From Ylistrum balloti (lineage: Eukaryota): a DNA stretch of 54,075 bases. The notes beneath the pieces were generated by a model, which made no database searches, was not told the origin of the DNA, and saw nothing but the letters and a program-made list of their open reading frames with translations. Location: positions 1 to 54,075 of the forward strand of contig NW_026783112.1 in assembly GCF_031769215.1 (NCBI RefSeq), in the 5' to 3' direction. Within the stretch, counting starts at the first letter, position 1. Each line of letters begins with the position of its first letter. The position numbers and the translations under genes were made by a program. This document shows, piece by piece, positions 29,238 through 38,820 of the stretch.

Positions 29238-31241
29238 GTGTTTTTGCTCAATCACCAACAAGAAAAATCAGTCAAAAACAAGAAAGGGAATACTCTCATC
29301 ATTGCAGGGGCAGGTTCAGGGAAAACTCGAACCCTCATAGCCAAAGTCATTCACCTTATCTTAAATGAAAGGATTCATCCATACCACATTCTTGCCATTA
29401 CTTTCACTAATAAGGCTGCGAGAGAAATGAGAGAAAGGGTAGCTCCTTTGATCAGAGATTTCTTGGAAAATGCACATGGGATGAATGAACAGAATTTTTT
29501 TCGTGCTCTCCAAATTAAAACTTTCCACAGTTTTGGGATGTTCATCCTAAGGCAGTTTATAGAAAACCTTTCATTTGAAATCAACGGCAAATTAGAGTTT
29601 TATAATCGAAACTTTTCTGTCATTGATCCTGGAGATCAGAAAAGAATCATCAAGAAACTTCTTCCGGACTACAATGCCGATGAAATTCCAATTAAAAAAA
29701 TACTTAATTTATTTTCTGCTTGGAAGAATGATCTCATCTACCCTGACAAAAAAGACTTTCGTGATAGAGTACGGCACTATTTTGAAGACTTTGTGTTTAA
29801 GATTGACCCTATCCAACTTTATGAAGATTATTTTAAGTATAACCTTAAAAGTCATGTCGTTGACTTCGATGATCTCATTGGTTTTACTATTCGATTGTTT
29901 AAAAAAAAAGAAGTTGTTGACTATATGATTCGAAGATGGAAATATATCCTAGTCGATGAATACCAAGACACGAACTATCTTCAAGAGAAGATTATTGAGT
30001 TTTTCATCAAACATGGAGCACAGGTGATAGCAGTTGGGGATGATCAACAATCGATCTATGGCTTCCGTGGCACTAAAATATCGAATATCCTCTCCTTTAG
30101 GAAAAAATATCCAAATGTAGAAGTCTTTGTCTTGGAAGAAAATTATCGAAGTACTCAACATATTCTTGATTTAGCGAACCATGTCATTGCAAAGAACCCT
30201 ACTACATTTCAAAAAGGATTGTTCACAAATAATCGTACTGGTCAGAAGCCAAACTACTACCTTTTTGAGAACGACATGGAATGCACTAAGTGGATCATGG
30301 AAAAGATATCTGATATCAAGGACAAGATTCCCTTAAATGAGATTGCTATCTTTTATCGTACGAATTACCAATCAAGAATTTTTGAAGATGCAATGGTGAG
30401 CAATGAATATCCTTACCACATCTTTCGAGGACTCAAATTCTATCAAAGAAAAGAAATTAAAGATTTGCTTTCCTATCTTTTTTGGATATTCAACCCCAAT
30501 GATCGAATTGCCTTTGAGAGAATGGTGAATACTCCACCGCGGAGAATCGGCGAAAAAAGTGTTTCTAAAATCTTAAACTACTTGGAAGAGAAGGGCATGG
30601 GACTTGATCGAGTTTTTGAGGAAGAAATTGCTGGACAAATTAAAGATTCCAAGGGGCGGGAGGCATTTATTCTTTTAGGAGAGATGTTTAAAGAGGTAAA
30701 GGAGAAGTTAGATGATTCTCCCCATAGTGTCGTCGAGTTTATACTCAATCGAAGTGGTCTGCAAAAGCAAGCCGAATCTGATTCTGATTCTGCATCTCGA
30801 GACTTAAAGCTGGGAAATTTCGATTCTTTTATGGATACATTACTTTGGTTTGAAAAACAGCATGGTGGTAGTCTAGAAGAATTCATTGCCTCTATTGCTT
30901 TAGGAGATGAAGAAAACGATACCCCAACACCCAAGATAAGTTTAATGACAGTTCACAATGCAAAAGGCTTGGAATTCAAAGTGGTTTTCTTGGTGGGCAT
31001 GGAGGAGGACGTTTTTCCTCATTATCTTTCCATGAATGATATTGAAGAGATTGAAGAGGAGCGACGACTTTTCTATGTTGCCATTACGCGTGCAAAGGAA
31101 CAACTTTATATTTCTTCAGTAAAGAGAAAATATCATCAAGGAGAATTTCGTGAAATGGAAGAATCACGTTTTATCAAAGAAATTGATGAACAATTTTTTG
31201 AAAAAAATGAAAGTGTGCAAGATGAACACGATTTTTTCTAA
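29238..31241 (+). CDS. uvrD: ATP-dependent DNA helicase UvrD/PcrA/Rep family
   Basis: AGAGSGKT, TFTNKAA, VDEYQDTN, VGDDQQSIYGFRG, LEENYRST, MTVHNAKGLEF, EERRLFYVAITRA. Confidence 0.95.
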   Translation: MFLLNHQQEKSVKNKKGNTLIIAGAGSGKTRTLIAKVIHLILNERIHPYHILAITFTNKAAREMRERVAPLIRDFLENAHGMNEQNFFRALQIKTFHSFGMFILRQFIENLSFEINGKLEFYNRNFSVIDPGDQKRIIKKLLPDYNADEIPIKKILNLFSAWKNDLIYPDKKDFRDRVRHYFEDFVFKIDPIQLYEDYFKYNLKSHVVDFDDLIGFTIRLFKKKEVVDYMIRRWKYILVDEYQDTNYLQEKIIEFFIKHGAQVIAVGDDQQSIYGFRGTKISNILSFRKKYPNVEVFVLEENYRSTQHILDLANHVIAKNPTTFQKGLFTNNRTGQKPNYYLFENDMECTKWIMEKISDIKDKIPLNEIAIFYRTNYQSRIFEDAMVSNEYPYHIFRGLKFYQRKEIKDLLSYLFWIFNPNDRIAFERMVNTPPRRIGEKSVSKILNYLEEKGMGLDRVFEEEIAGQIKDSKGREAFILLGEMFKEVKEKLDDSPHSVVEFILNRSGLQKQAESDSDSASRDLKLGNFDSFMDTLLWFEKQHGGSLEEFIASIALGDEENDTPTPKISLMTVHNAKGLEFKVVFLVGMEEDVFPHYLSMNDIEEIEEERRLFYVAITRAKEQLYISSVKRKYHQGEFREMEESRFIKEIDEQFFEKNESVQDEHDFF

Positions 31242-31339
31242 TTTTGAAAATACGAAAATTTAAATCTAAAAAGTGTTCATATTTTAATTAACCCAAAAGC
31301 AAGAAAAAGTTTAGTTATTCTTTTATTAATAATAAATTC

Positions 31340-31378
31340 TAAATTTAACTAATAAATTTAACTAATAAATTTAACTAA
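31340..31378. repeat. Tandem 13-bp repeat (TAAATTTAACTAA)x3 in the intergenic region upstream of fabV
   Basis: Three perfect consecutive units read directly. Confidence 0.9.
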
Positions 31379-31570
31379 CTTAGCGTAGACAATAATAAAT
31401 TAAAAAAAATCCAACTGATTTGGTAATAAACAATTATGCCATTTGTGATCGAATAACATCAATTTATTAGAAATTAGGAATTTCTTGATTTTTTGAATTA
31501 TTTTTTGTCTATATATTGTTCTAATCATGTTAGAATAATATGTAAAATAATAGTTATTTAGAATTTCCTC

Positions 31571-32779
31571 ATGGTTATTAAACCAAAAATCAAAGGTTTT
31601 ATCTGCACAACAGCCCACCCAAAAGGTTGTTTAATGAATGTTGAAGCTCAAATCAAGCGGGTTCAGTTACAATCTAAAATCGACAATCATTCCAAAATCA
31701 ATAATGTGTTGGTAGTTGGTGGATCGACTGGATATGGGCTTGCTTCAAGAATTGTCTCTAGTTTCGGACTGGGAGCAAACACTTATAATGTCTGTCTTGA
31801 AAGACCTCCAAAGGAAGGTAGAACAGCCAGTCCAGGTTGGTATAACACCGCTTTTTTTGAAAAAAAGGCAATTGAGTGCAGTTTCGGGGCTCAAACCATT
31901 ATAGGAGACTGTTTTTCCGACGAAACCAAGAATGAAGCTATCAAACTCATTAAAAAGGACAAAGTTAAAATTAATATGGTTATTTATTCAGTAGCATCTC
32001 CTAAACGAGTTGACCCTGAATCCGGAACTATCTATAAATCATCCCTTAAGCCTATTGGGAGATCTGTCGAAAGTGTTACCATTAATCCTAATACTGCTGA
32101 ATTAAGCAAAGTGAACATCGATCCTGCCCCCCAAGAAGAAATAGAGAACACCATTAAAGTCATGGGCGGTGAAGATTGGAAAAGATGGATTGATTTTCTT
32201 GAAAAAGCTAATGTTTTATCGGATGGTTTTCTTACCTTTTCTTATTCCTATATGGGACCAGAGATCACTCAATCTATTTATCGCCAAGGTACCATCGGTC
32301 AAGCAAAACTAGACCTTGAAAAAACAGCCCAACTTATCACTGATAATAATCAAAAAAATGGTAAAGCTATTGTTGTGGTGAATAAAGCATTGGTCACCCA
32401 TGCATCTTCTGCTATTCCCATACTTCCCCTTTATGTGTGTATTCTCTATAAAGTGATGAAAGAAAAGAACTGTCATGAAGATTGTTTGGATCAGATCGAT
32501 CGATTTTTGAGAAATAAAGTTAAGTGGAATTTGGAGAATTCATTTGAGATGGACGATAATCAAATGATAAGGATGGATGACTTGGAGATGAGCAAAGATG
32601 TGCAATCAGAAGTTAAAAGACGATGGGATAATATTGAAAAAGATCTTGAAAATGCAGATTTGTCGTTAATTGACCAAGAAGGTTATCTAAGCGATTTCTT
32701 GAAATTGTTTGGTTTTGGAATGGATCTTGATTATGAAGAGGATGTCAGTGAAATGGTGGAAATCCAAAAAGTTTTTTGA
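31571..32779 (+). CDS. fabV: Enoyl-ACP reductase FabV / trans-2-enoyl-CoA reductase
   Basis: GFICTTAHPKGC, VGGSTGYGLASRI, YSVASPKR, VMGGEDW, YSYMGPE..IY..GTIGQAK, KALVTHASSAIP. Confidence 0.96.
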   Translation: MVIKPKIKGFICTTAHPKGCLMNVEAQIKRVQLQSKIDNHSKINNVLVVGGSTGYGLASRIVSSFGLGANTYNVCLERPPKEGRTASPGWYNTAFFEKKAIECSFGAQTIIGDCFSDETKNEAIKLIKKDKVKINMVIYSVASPKRVDPESGTIYKSSLKPIGRSVESVTINPNTAELSKVNIDPAPQEEIENTIKVMGGEDWKRWIDFLEKANVLSDGFLTFSYSYMGPEITQSIYRQGTIGQAKLDLEKTAQLITDNNQKNGKAIVVVNKALVTHASSAIPILPLYVCILYKVMKEKNCHEDCLDQIDRFLRNKVKWNLENSFEMDDNQMIRMDDLEMSKDVQSEVKRRWDNIEKDLENADLSLIDQEGYLSDFLKLFGFGMDLDYEEDVSEMVEIQKVF

Positions 32780-32813
32780 TAATGATCAATAAAAATAAAA
32801 AGAAAATTTCAAC

Positions 32814-33725
32814 TTGATTGAGAAATTATTTTTAAATTACAGTTATAAAGACTTTCAGCACGATCGGCAATTTGTCGACAGCCCGAAATTGGCCTTAGAA
32901 TATAAGAAGAAATTCCTTAGTGAAAAATACAATCATCTCTACAAGGAAGGCAATAAAACAGTCGGGGTTGCTTCTATGAGGTATTTTAAAACCCTAAGTG
33001 AAATTTGGAAGAAAAACGCTTTCTTCATTAGAGATTTTGTTGTTGATGAAAATATAGAAAATGCCTATTCCAATTTATTAGAAGCCTTTTTAGATAAATA
33101 TAAGAAGGAGATCGATTTTCTTATCACTAAGCAGCCAATCGATAACTATAATGGTATCAATGCCTTAATACGAAAAAACTTTTATTATGTTTGTAATGAA
33201 GTCATTTATACTCTTAATCTTGCCAAGAACACTCCTAATCAGGCAAGATTTTCGCCATTTGTCCAAGAAGCGACTGAAAAAGATTTAGGCATTATTAAAA
33301 AAATGGTCTATGGTAACCATAAATTTAATCGTTATCTATTTGACCCTGTTTTTTCGATTGATGATGTTACGAAACTATATGAAAAAGTGATTGAACAAAG
33401 TTTCCAAAACGATCATCATTCCATCTATATTTATAAAAAAGACGAACAAATATTGGGATTCCTCACCACTATTTTTAATAAAGAGATCTCTTATATGATG
33501 GACGATCGTTATGGTAGTTTTGATTACATTATTGTAGATGAAAAATTTCAAAAAAAAGGCATTGCTTCTTCCCTCATGTATCATGCCTTGGCAGATTTTA
33601 TGAAAAAGGACATTCGTATTGTGAGTGTTAAAACTATGGCGAACAATTATCCTTCCATTAGGTTGCTTGTCAAAGATAATTTCTTTGTCACTTCTCAAAA
33701 CATGGTACTGCATTATAAAAACTAA
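32814..33725 (+). CDS. GNAT acetyltransferase, WecD/RffC-like
   Basis: C-terminal IIVDEKFQKKGIASSLM (motif A), KTMANNYPSIRL; NRYLFDPVF resembles the WecD SRF..D motif. Confidence 0.7.
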   Translation: MIEKLFLNYSYKDFQHDRQFVDSPKLALEYKKKFLSEKYNHLYKEGNKTVGVASMRYFKTLSEIWKKNAFFIRDFVVDENIENAYSNLLEAFLDKYKKEIDFLITKQPIDNYNGINALIRKNFYYVCNEVIYTLNLAKNTPNQARFSPFVQEATEKDLGIIKKMVYGNHKFNRYLFDPVFSIDDVTKLYEKVIEQSFQNDHHSIYIYKKDEQILGFLTTIFNKEISYMMDDRYGSFDYIIVDEKFQKKGIASSLMYHALADFMKKDIRIVSVKTMANNYPSIRLLVKDNFFVTSQNMVLHYKN

Positions 33726-33815
33726 ATTCAATGATTGGTCTTTAAAATTCGATGTTAAATAAAAGGCTTTTTAAAAATTATTGATTTTCAATCTTTAAAG
33801 CATTAACATATTATT

Positions 33816-35387
33816 ATGAACAAACTGGTTAAAATTATCATCTCGGTGCAAATGATTTTAATTGTTGCACTTATATTACTTCTTTTGGGAGTGATTAAGA
33901 ATCCATCTGACGAACTACAAACAAATATTGCTAAAAAGAAAGATTTTTATCAAAAATCTCATTCTAGCCCACAGTTGAAAAATCAAATTTCTGACATTAT
34001 TGATTTTGGTGCGCTTAAAGGAAATAAGAAAAACAGGAAAGATGTTAACAAGAATTTGCAAGTTAAAAAGACTAAAGACGAATCTCTTGTTAAGACGATC
34101 ATTCTTGGATCCGATAAAAAGACCTTCGCACCTAAAGAAATTTTTGATATCAACCCTCAGAAAAACCTTTGGGGATACTACAAAGATAACAACCAAAGGT
34201 TAGGAGAGTTTAAAATTTTAGACCCCGATCTCTCGCTGGTTGATTTTAGGAGCAAGGAATTTAAAGGTTCTCATTTGCGAGAATCCTTGGAAAGCTATTC
34301 TAAATTGAAAGTCTATGTCTTGGTTGAACTTAAAAAAAAAATTTCTTTTAAAAACCTCTATTCTTTGAGGACAAAACACCTTACTTTCATTCCAGGTTTG
34401 AACGAGAAATATTATCTTGGTAATTATGCAGGGGTTTTTTATATTGCCTACAAACATCTAAAGAAAATTTACAGTGATCCTTCTATTCGCAACATTCATA
34501 TCTTAAAGAATTACACCACTTCTTCCAAATACCAGATAGGTATCAAGTCGCCAGAGAACATAGATTCCCTTAAATTTACAATTCATTATCCCTACTCCAA
34601 GCTCGGCTTGAAAATTTTTAATCAAGAAAATCAATTTCTTGGAAATGCTGATTTTTTGCAAGAAGACGATAAAGAAAACCACCGATTGTTTGTCACAACG
34701 CCCATCAACAAAAATATGTCCTACAACTTCACTAGTCTCATGAATATCAAAGTTTCACTCCAAGACAATTTGAATCGCAGCATCGCAAGAGGGGAAGGTG
34801 TGAGTTTAGATGATTATCATGAAATTATGCAAGACGACCATCAAGACACTTATGATCAATTCACGGTTATGGGGGAAAAAATCGTTTCGTCAGAATACAT
34901 CAAAAGCATTGTTAGTCAAATTGACACCTCAATGGATATTCAAGGCATTTGGAGACAGATCACCTTTTTCTTAGATAAGGATATCCGTTATGATTGGCAG
35001 AAACGAGAACTCTTTTTTAGTGGCAATCTGGTCTATTACAACATTAAGGACATGTATCTTAATGTCAAAGAGCTTTCGGAGAAAAAGGTAGGTGCTTGTA
35101 CAGAAAGGACAGCCTTGGAAATTGCTATTTTAAGGGAATTGGGAATTGCTGCTCGAAGTGCAACACGTGTCTACCATATTTTTACTGAAATCTATTTGCC
35201 TGAAGATGGGTGGGTTTCAACCTCACTTACTTTGAATGAAATACCTTTATGCCATTCCATCAATGAAAAGATGGCATATTTTATTGAATGGGATCAAAAA
35301 TTCCCTATTCGCCTTAAGTGGAAAGCAAAAAACTATCCGTTAATCATAGAAAGTTTATTAAAAAATACTTCATTGGCTAAAAGGTAA
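33816..35387 (+). CDS. Membrane-anchored transglutaminase-like (papain-fold) domain protein
   Basis: N-terminal TM; VGACTERTALEIAILRELGIAAR, HIFTEIYLPEDGW. Confidence 0.7.
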   Translation: MNKLVKIIISVQMILIVALILLLLGVIKNPSDELQTNIAKKKDFYQKSHSSPQLKNQISDIIDFGALKGNKKNRKDVNKNLQVKKTKDESLVKTIILGSDKKTFAPKEIFDINPQKNLWGYYKDNNQRLGEFKILDPDLSLVDFRSKEFKGSHLRESLESYSKLKVYVLVELKKKISFKNLYSLRTKHLTFIPGLNEKYYLGNYAGVFYIAYKHLKKIYSDPSIRNIHILKNYTTSSKYQIGIKSPENIDSLKFTIHYPYSKLGLKIFNQENQFLGNADFLQEDDKENHRLFVTTPINKNMSYNFTSLMNIKVSLQDNLNRSIARGEGVSLDDYHEIMQDDHQDTYDQFTVMGEKIVSSEYIKSIVSQIDTSMDIQGIWRQITFFLDKDIRYDWQKRELFFSGNLVYYNIKDMYLNVKELSEKKVGACTERTALEIAILRELGIAARSATRVYHIFTEIYLPEDGWVSTSLTLNEIPLCHSINEKMAYFIEWDQKFPIRLKWKAKNYPLIIESLLKNTSLAKR

Positions 35388-35407
35388 TTGAAAGTAGTAG
35401 CTTCACG

Positions 35408-36322
35408 ATGAAAATTGAAGACCACCTTTTCGCTAAAAAAAATAAAAACCAAATATTCTCATCTGCTATTATCACCCATAAAAACTGTCCAGATGGTGTA
35501 GCGTCCGCGATCATTGCTAAAACTGTTTTTCCTAAAATTGCTGTTTTTTTCACGAATCACCACCAAATTAATTCACAAGTTGAGAAATTGGCCAATGCTT
35601 TGGACAAAGGCGAACAATTAATCATTTGTGACATTTGTTGCGATGAAGAAACCTTAAAAAAGTTCTTACCTCTCATGGAAGAAAAAAATATTTCGCTTGG
35701 TATTTACGAACATCATGAGAGTACAAAGTGGCTACAAAGTATTAAATTATCGGAAAAAATAAAGGGCGAAATAATATTTGATTTCGATCGTAGCGCTTCA
35801 AAAATTTTATATGATACTTATATAGAAAAAAATCCCGACATCAATGTCTTTGAAGACTTTATCAATGTTACTAACGATCGCGATCTTTGGTTGCAAAAGG
35901 ATGAGCGAGGTTTCTTGCTTGCAAAATTACACCAAATATTAGGCGACCAAAACTACATGAACCGTTTTTTAAGGAATCATAAAGTTATTTTTGAAGAGAA
36001 GGAGCAACTCATACTCGATCATGAAATTATGAAAGAGAAAAAAAAACAAGACCTCTTGCTTAAGAACATTAAGATTAAGAATGATGAAGAAGGGTTTAAG
36101 TATGGAGTGGTTTATGGTGAAGCCGATGGTTCTGACATTCTTAACCGAGCGATTAAGCAATACGATTTGGAATATGCAATTCTCGCCAATCTCAATGCTC
36201 GTAAGGCAAGTATTCGAAGCCGGGGAAATAAAGACTGTGTAGTTTATTCCAGCAAGTATGGGGGAGGTGGTCATCGATGTGCTAGTGGCTTTAGGATAGA
36301 TTTTAAATTTCCAGAGTTTTAA
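35408..36322 (+). CDS. DHH/DHHA1 family phosphoesterase (NrnB/NrnA-like)
   Basis: THKNCPDG, ICD, EHH in place of DHH, DRSASK, NDRDLW, ASIRS, GGGGHRCASG. Confidence 0.82.
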   Translation: MKIEDHLFAKKNKNQIFSSAIITHKNCPDGVASAIIAKTVFPKIAVFFTNHHQINSQVEKLANALDKGEQLIICDICCDEETLKKFLPLMEEKNISLGIYEHHESTKWLQSIKLSEKIKGEIIFDFDRSASKILYDTYIEKNPDINVFEDFINVTNDRDLWLQKDERGFLLAKLHQILGDQNYMNRFLRNHKVIFEEKEQLILDHEIMKEKKKQDLLLKNIKIKNDEEGFKYGVVYGEADGSDILNRAIKQYDLEYAILANLNARKASIRSRGNKDCVVYSSKYGGGGHRCASGFRIDFKFPEF

Positions 36323-36331
36323 AAGTTTGAA

Positions 36332-36715
36332 ATGTATTGTAAAAAAGTAAAAGAATTTGTGAATGCCTGCGGGGATAATCAAGATAAGCCGATTCTCATG
36401 AGTCGTGAAAAAATCGATTTTCTTTTTCAAATGGTGAAAGATGAGTTTATGGAACTTCGTGAAGCAAAAGATGAGGTGGATCAAGCGGATGCTTTAGTGG
36501 ACATGGTTTATTACATCATACATACTGCTGTCAAGAACGGCTATAATCTTGATTCTATTTTTGAAATTGTTCATCAAGCCAACATGAACAAAATCATTGA
36601 TGGCAAGGTCATTCGACGAGAAGACGGAAAAATTTTAAAACCAGAAGGTTGGGTTTCACCGGAACCTCTTATTGCTGAGGAAATCAATCGGCAAAAAAAC
36701 CGCGAAAATTATTAA
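36332..36715 (+). CDS. All-alpha NTP pyrophosphohydrolase (MazG/dUTPase-like, DR2231-type)
   Basis: DEFMELREA..QADALVDMVYY, VHQANMNK, RREDGKILKPEGW. Confidence 0.8.
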   Translation: MYCKKVKEFVNACGDNQDKPILMSREKIDFLFQMVKDEFMELREAKDEVDQADALVDMVYYIIHTAVKNGYNLDSIFEIVHQANMNKIIDGKVIRREDGKILKPEGWVSPEPLIAEEINRQKNRENY

Positions 36716-36716
36716 A

Positions 36717-37586
36717 TTGCTTTCTATTATCCTTTCACTCATTAAAGTTAGGATCACCATTACTGTGGCACTGATTACAGTGATTGGGTGGTATATCGGC
36801 AATCAGAATTTTGGTGACATGAGATTATTCGGCTGGGTAATCTTTTCTACCATTCTCGTTTGTGCGGGAGTTTGCACACTCAACCATGTGATTGAATGGC
36901 AAAGTGATTCCAAAATGAAACGCACCCAAAACCGTCCTGTTCCGTCTGGTCAGATTGCTCTCACGCATGCAATCATCTTAGCAGTGATTCTTGTGATGGC
37001 AGGACTGTTTTTTATGTGGAGGTTTGTGAGTGTTGGGATGATGATAGGTGCCATAATAACCTCCATGCTTTACCTGCTTGCCTACACGCCTCTAAAAAGA
37101 GTCACTTGGTTGAACACTTCAGTTGGAGCTATACCAGGAGCTCTGCCGATCATGGGGGGGTGGTATGTTGTGAAAGATGGGCTTGGTTTGGAAGGGTGGG
37201 TATTGTTTGCCATATTGTTTTTTTGGCAACATCCTCACTTCTATGCTATTGCTTGGGTTTGTAAAAAAGATTATCAATTAGGAGGATATAAGATGTTAGT
37301 GGCTAATGATAACAATGGTAAGACTACTTTCTTTCACTCTTTTATTCATTCAATTTTTTTAATCATAGCTAGTTTCATGATTATCTTCACTGACTTTTCC
37401 GCAGGTTGGGTGTATTTATTGGGAATGGTTTTGATCAATGCTTGGTTCACTTTTAGGATTTGGCAAGCTTACCAAAATGCCACCATTAAAAATGCCCAGC
37501 GAGTTGTTAGTGGTTCCATTATTTATTTAATAACACTATTTACCTTAGTTTTTATTGATAACCAATTTAGGGTTGAAGTAATTTAA
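36717..37586 (+). CDS. ctaB: Protoheme IX farnesyltransferase (heme o synthase)
   Basis: DSKMKRTQNRPVPSG, YLLAYTPLKR, VGAIPGALP..GGW, FFWQHPHFYAI; start placed at the in-frame TTG just after the upstream stop (ORF track extends to 36672). Confidence 0.93.
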   Translation: MLSIILSLIKVRITITVALITVIGWYIGNQNFGDMRLFGWVIFSTILVCAGVCTLNHVIEWQSDSKMKRTQNRPVPSGQIALTHAIILAVILVMAGLFFMWRFVSVGMMIGAIITSMLYLLAYTPLKRVTWLNTSVGAIPGALPIMGGWYVVKDGLGLEGWVLFAILFFWQHPHFYAIAWVCKKDYQLGGYKMLVANDNNGKTTFFHSFIHSIFLIIASFMIIFTDFSAGWVYLLGMVLINAWFTFRIWQAYQNATIKNAQRVVSGSIIYLITLFTLVFIDNQFRVEVI

Positions 37587-37718
37587 TCTTATTGGTTTCT
37601 TAACCATAGTATTTCCATTTGTAGCCGAATCTGAATAGTTGGTCAATTATTGAAAGACCAGTAGCAGTTTTTTAACAAATTCACACATCGATTAAATAAA
37701 ATTAGATATTTTTGTTAT

Positions 37719-38648
37719 TTAGTATTCGCCGTTTTTTTTAACTTTTTTTATTTCACAGTTTTTCATATCGGTATTATATGTTAAAAGTAAGTGTTGTTCT
37801 TCTTTTGTATTTGCCCATTTCCTAAGATAATTTGGTAAATTGATAACATATGTATTAATATCCCATTTTTTATTGAATTCTTCACTTTTACCATCAAATT
37901 TATTATTATACATAAAATGAGGCATGAATATATTATTAATATTATTACTTAATAAATATATGAGGAAAGAGAATATACTGACCCCAACAGCTAAGTTAGA
38001 GCATGAACTTAATTCTAATAAATCATTATATAGTGAACTAGATTGAAATGTCATATTATTATATTTTAAATTTTTTAATAGATTAACACATGGGTTTTTT
38101 GAATCTTCATAAATGACAACTATTTTATCCCATTTTTTATAATCAATAATTGATTTCCAATATGAAAATGGACACGGTATATACGCAGTATGTAGGTGTG
38201 AATGAAATATATCACCACCCCTAATATGTATATGTAATGTATTATCTGTATTTATTTCAGAAGGACTTACAAAGAAGATTGGTTGTATGTATTTTTTAAA
38301 ATATTTCTTCATTTGAAATGGTTCTATCAATTCAGTTTCAAATTCATTTGGGTAAAAAAATAGTCCTATCTTTGAAGGTTTTGCTTGACTATAATTACTT
38401 ATATTAATTATTGTTTTTTTAAATGATTCATGATGATAAAAAAATACATTATTATATTTATATTTTGTAGCATAATGAATTGCTCTTATTATTTGCAGTA
38501 CATTATTACCTAACCTTCCATACCACCGTTTTATAATTATATCCGTATCATTATTATACTTATGTTTCATAGTACAATAACTTGCTCTTATTAGTTGAAG
38601 TGCATTATTACCTAATTTCCTCTCCCTTAGTTTTCTAATTAAGTTCAT
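37719..38648 (-). CDS. GT11-like (alpha-1,2-fucosyltransferase-type) glycosyltransferase with duplicated N-terminal motif
   Basis: YGRLGNNVLQ resembles the GT11 GxLGNQxFQ motif; LHIHIRGGD matches HxRxGD; IYED, DLLELSSCSNLAVGVSIFS resembles the GT11 C-terminal motif. Confidence 0.6.
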   Translation of the reverse strand: MNLIRKLRERKLGNNALQLIRASYCTMKHKYNNDTDIIIKRWYGRLGNNVLQIIRAIHYATKYKYNNVFFYHHESFKKTIINISNYSQAKPSKIGLFFYPNEFETELIEPFQMKKYFKKYIQPIFFVSPSEINTDNTLHIHIRGGDIFHSHLHTAYIPCPFSYWKSIIDYKKWDKIVVIYEDSKNPCVNLLKNLKYNNMTFQSSSLYNDLLELSSCSNLAVGVSIFSFLIYLLSNNINNIFMPHFMYNNKFDGKSEEFNKKWDINTYVINLPNYLRKWANTKEEQHLLLTYNTDMKNCEIKKVKKNGEY

Positions 38649-38820
38649 ATTGTTATATATAACACACTATAACATAGTATTGAATAGAGTGGAGATCGCT
38701 CAAGCATTGGTTGAATGGTATTCTTAGCAGCAAATGAAATGTTAAAATATAGAAAAATATATAATGATCTTGTAAAAAAATTTTGGGTTAAAACAAGTGT
38801 TATAGGAAGTCAAAAACAAA

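Noticed and set aside
31340-31378. CRISPR array or replication origin
   Set aside because: Units are contiguous with no spacers, no cas genes are present, and no TTATCCACA-like boxes or dnaA are nearby
781-37264. Numerous short ORFs in the track overlapping long genes (e.g. 2950-3249, 5948-8608 series, 26716-27156, 30578-30934, 35969-36484)
   Set aside because: Antisense or alternate-frame shadows of well-supported genes, with no recognisable motifs
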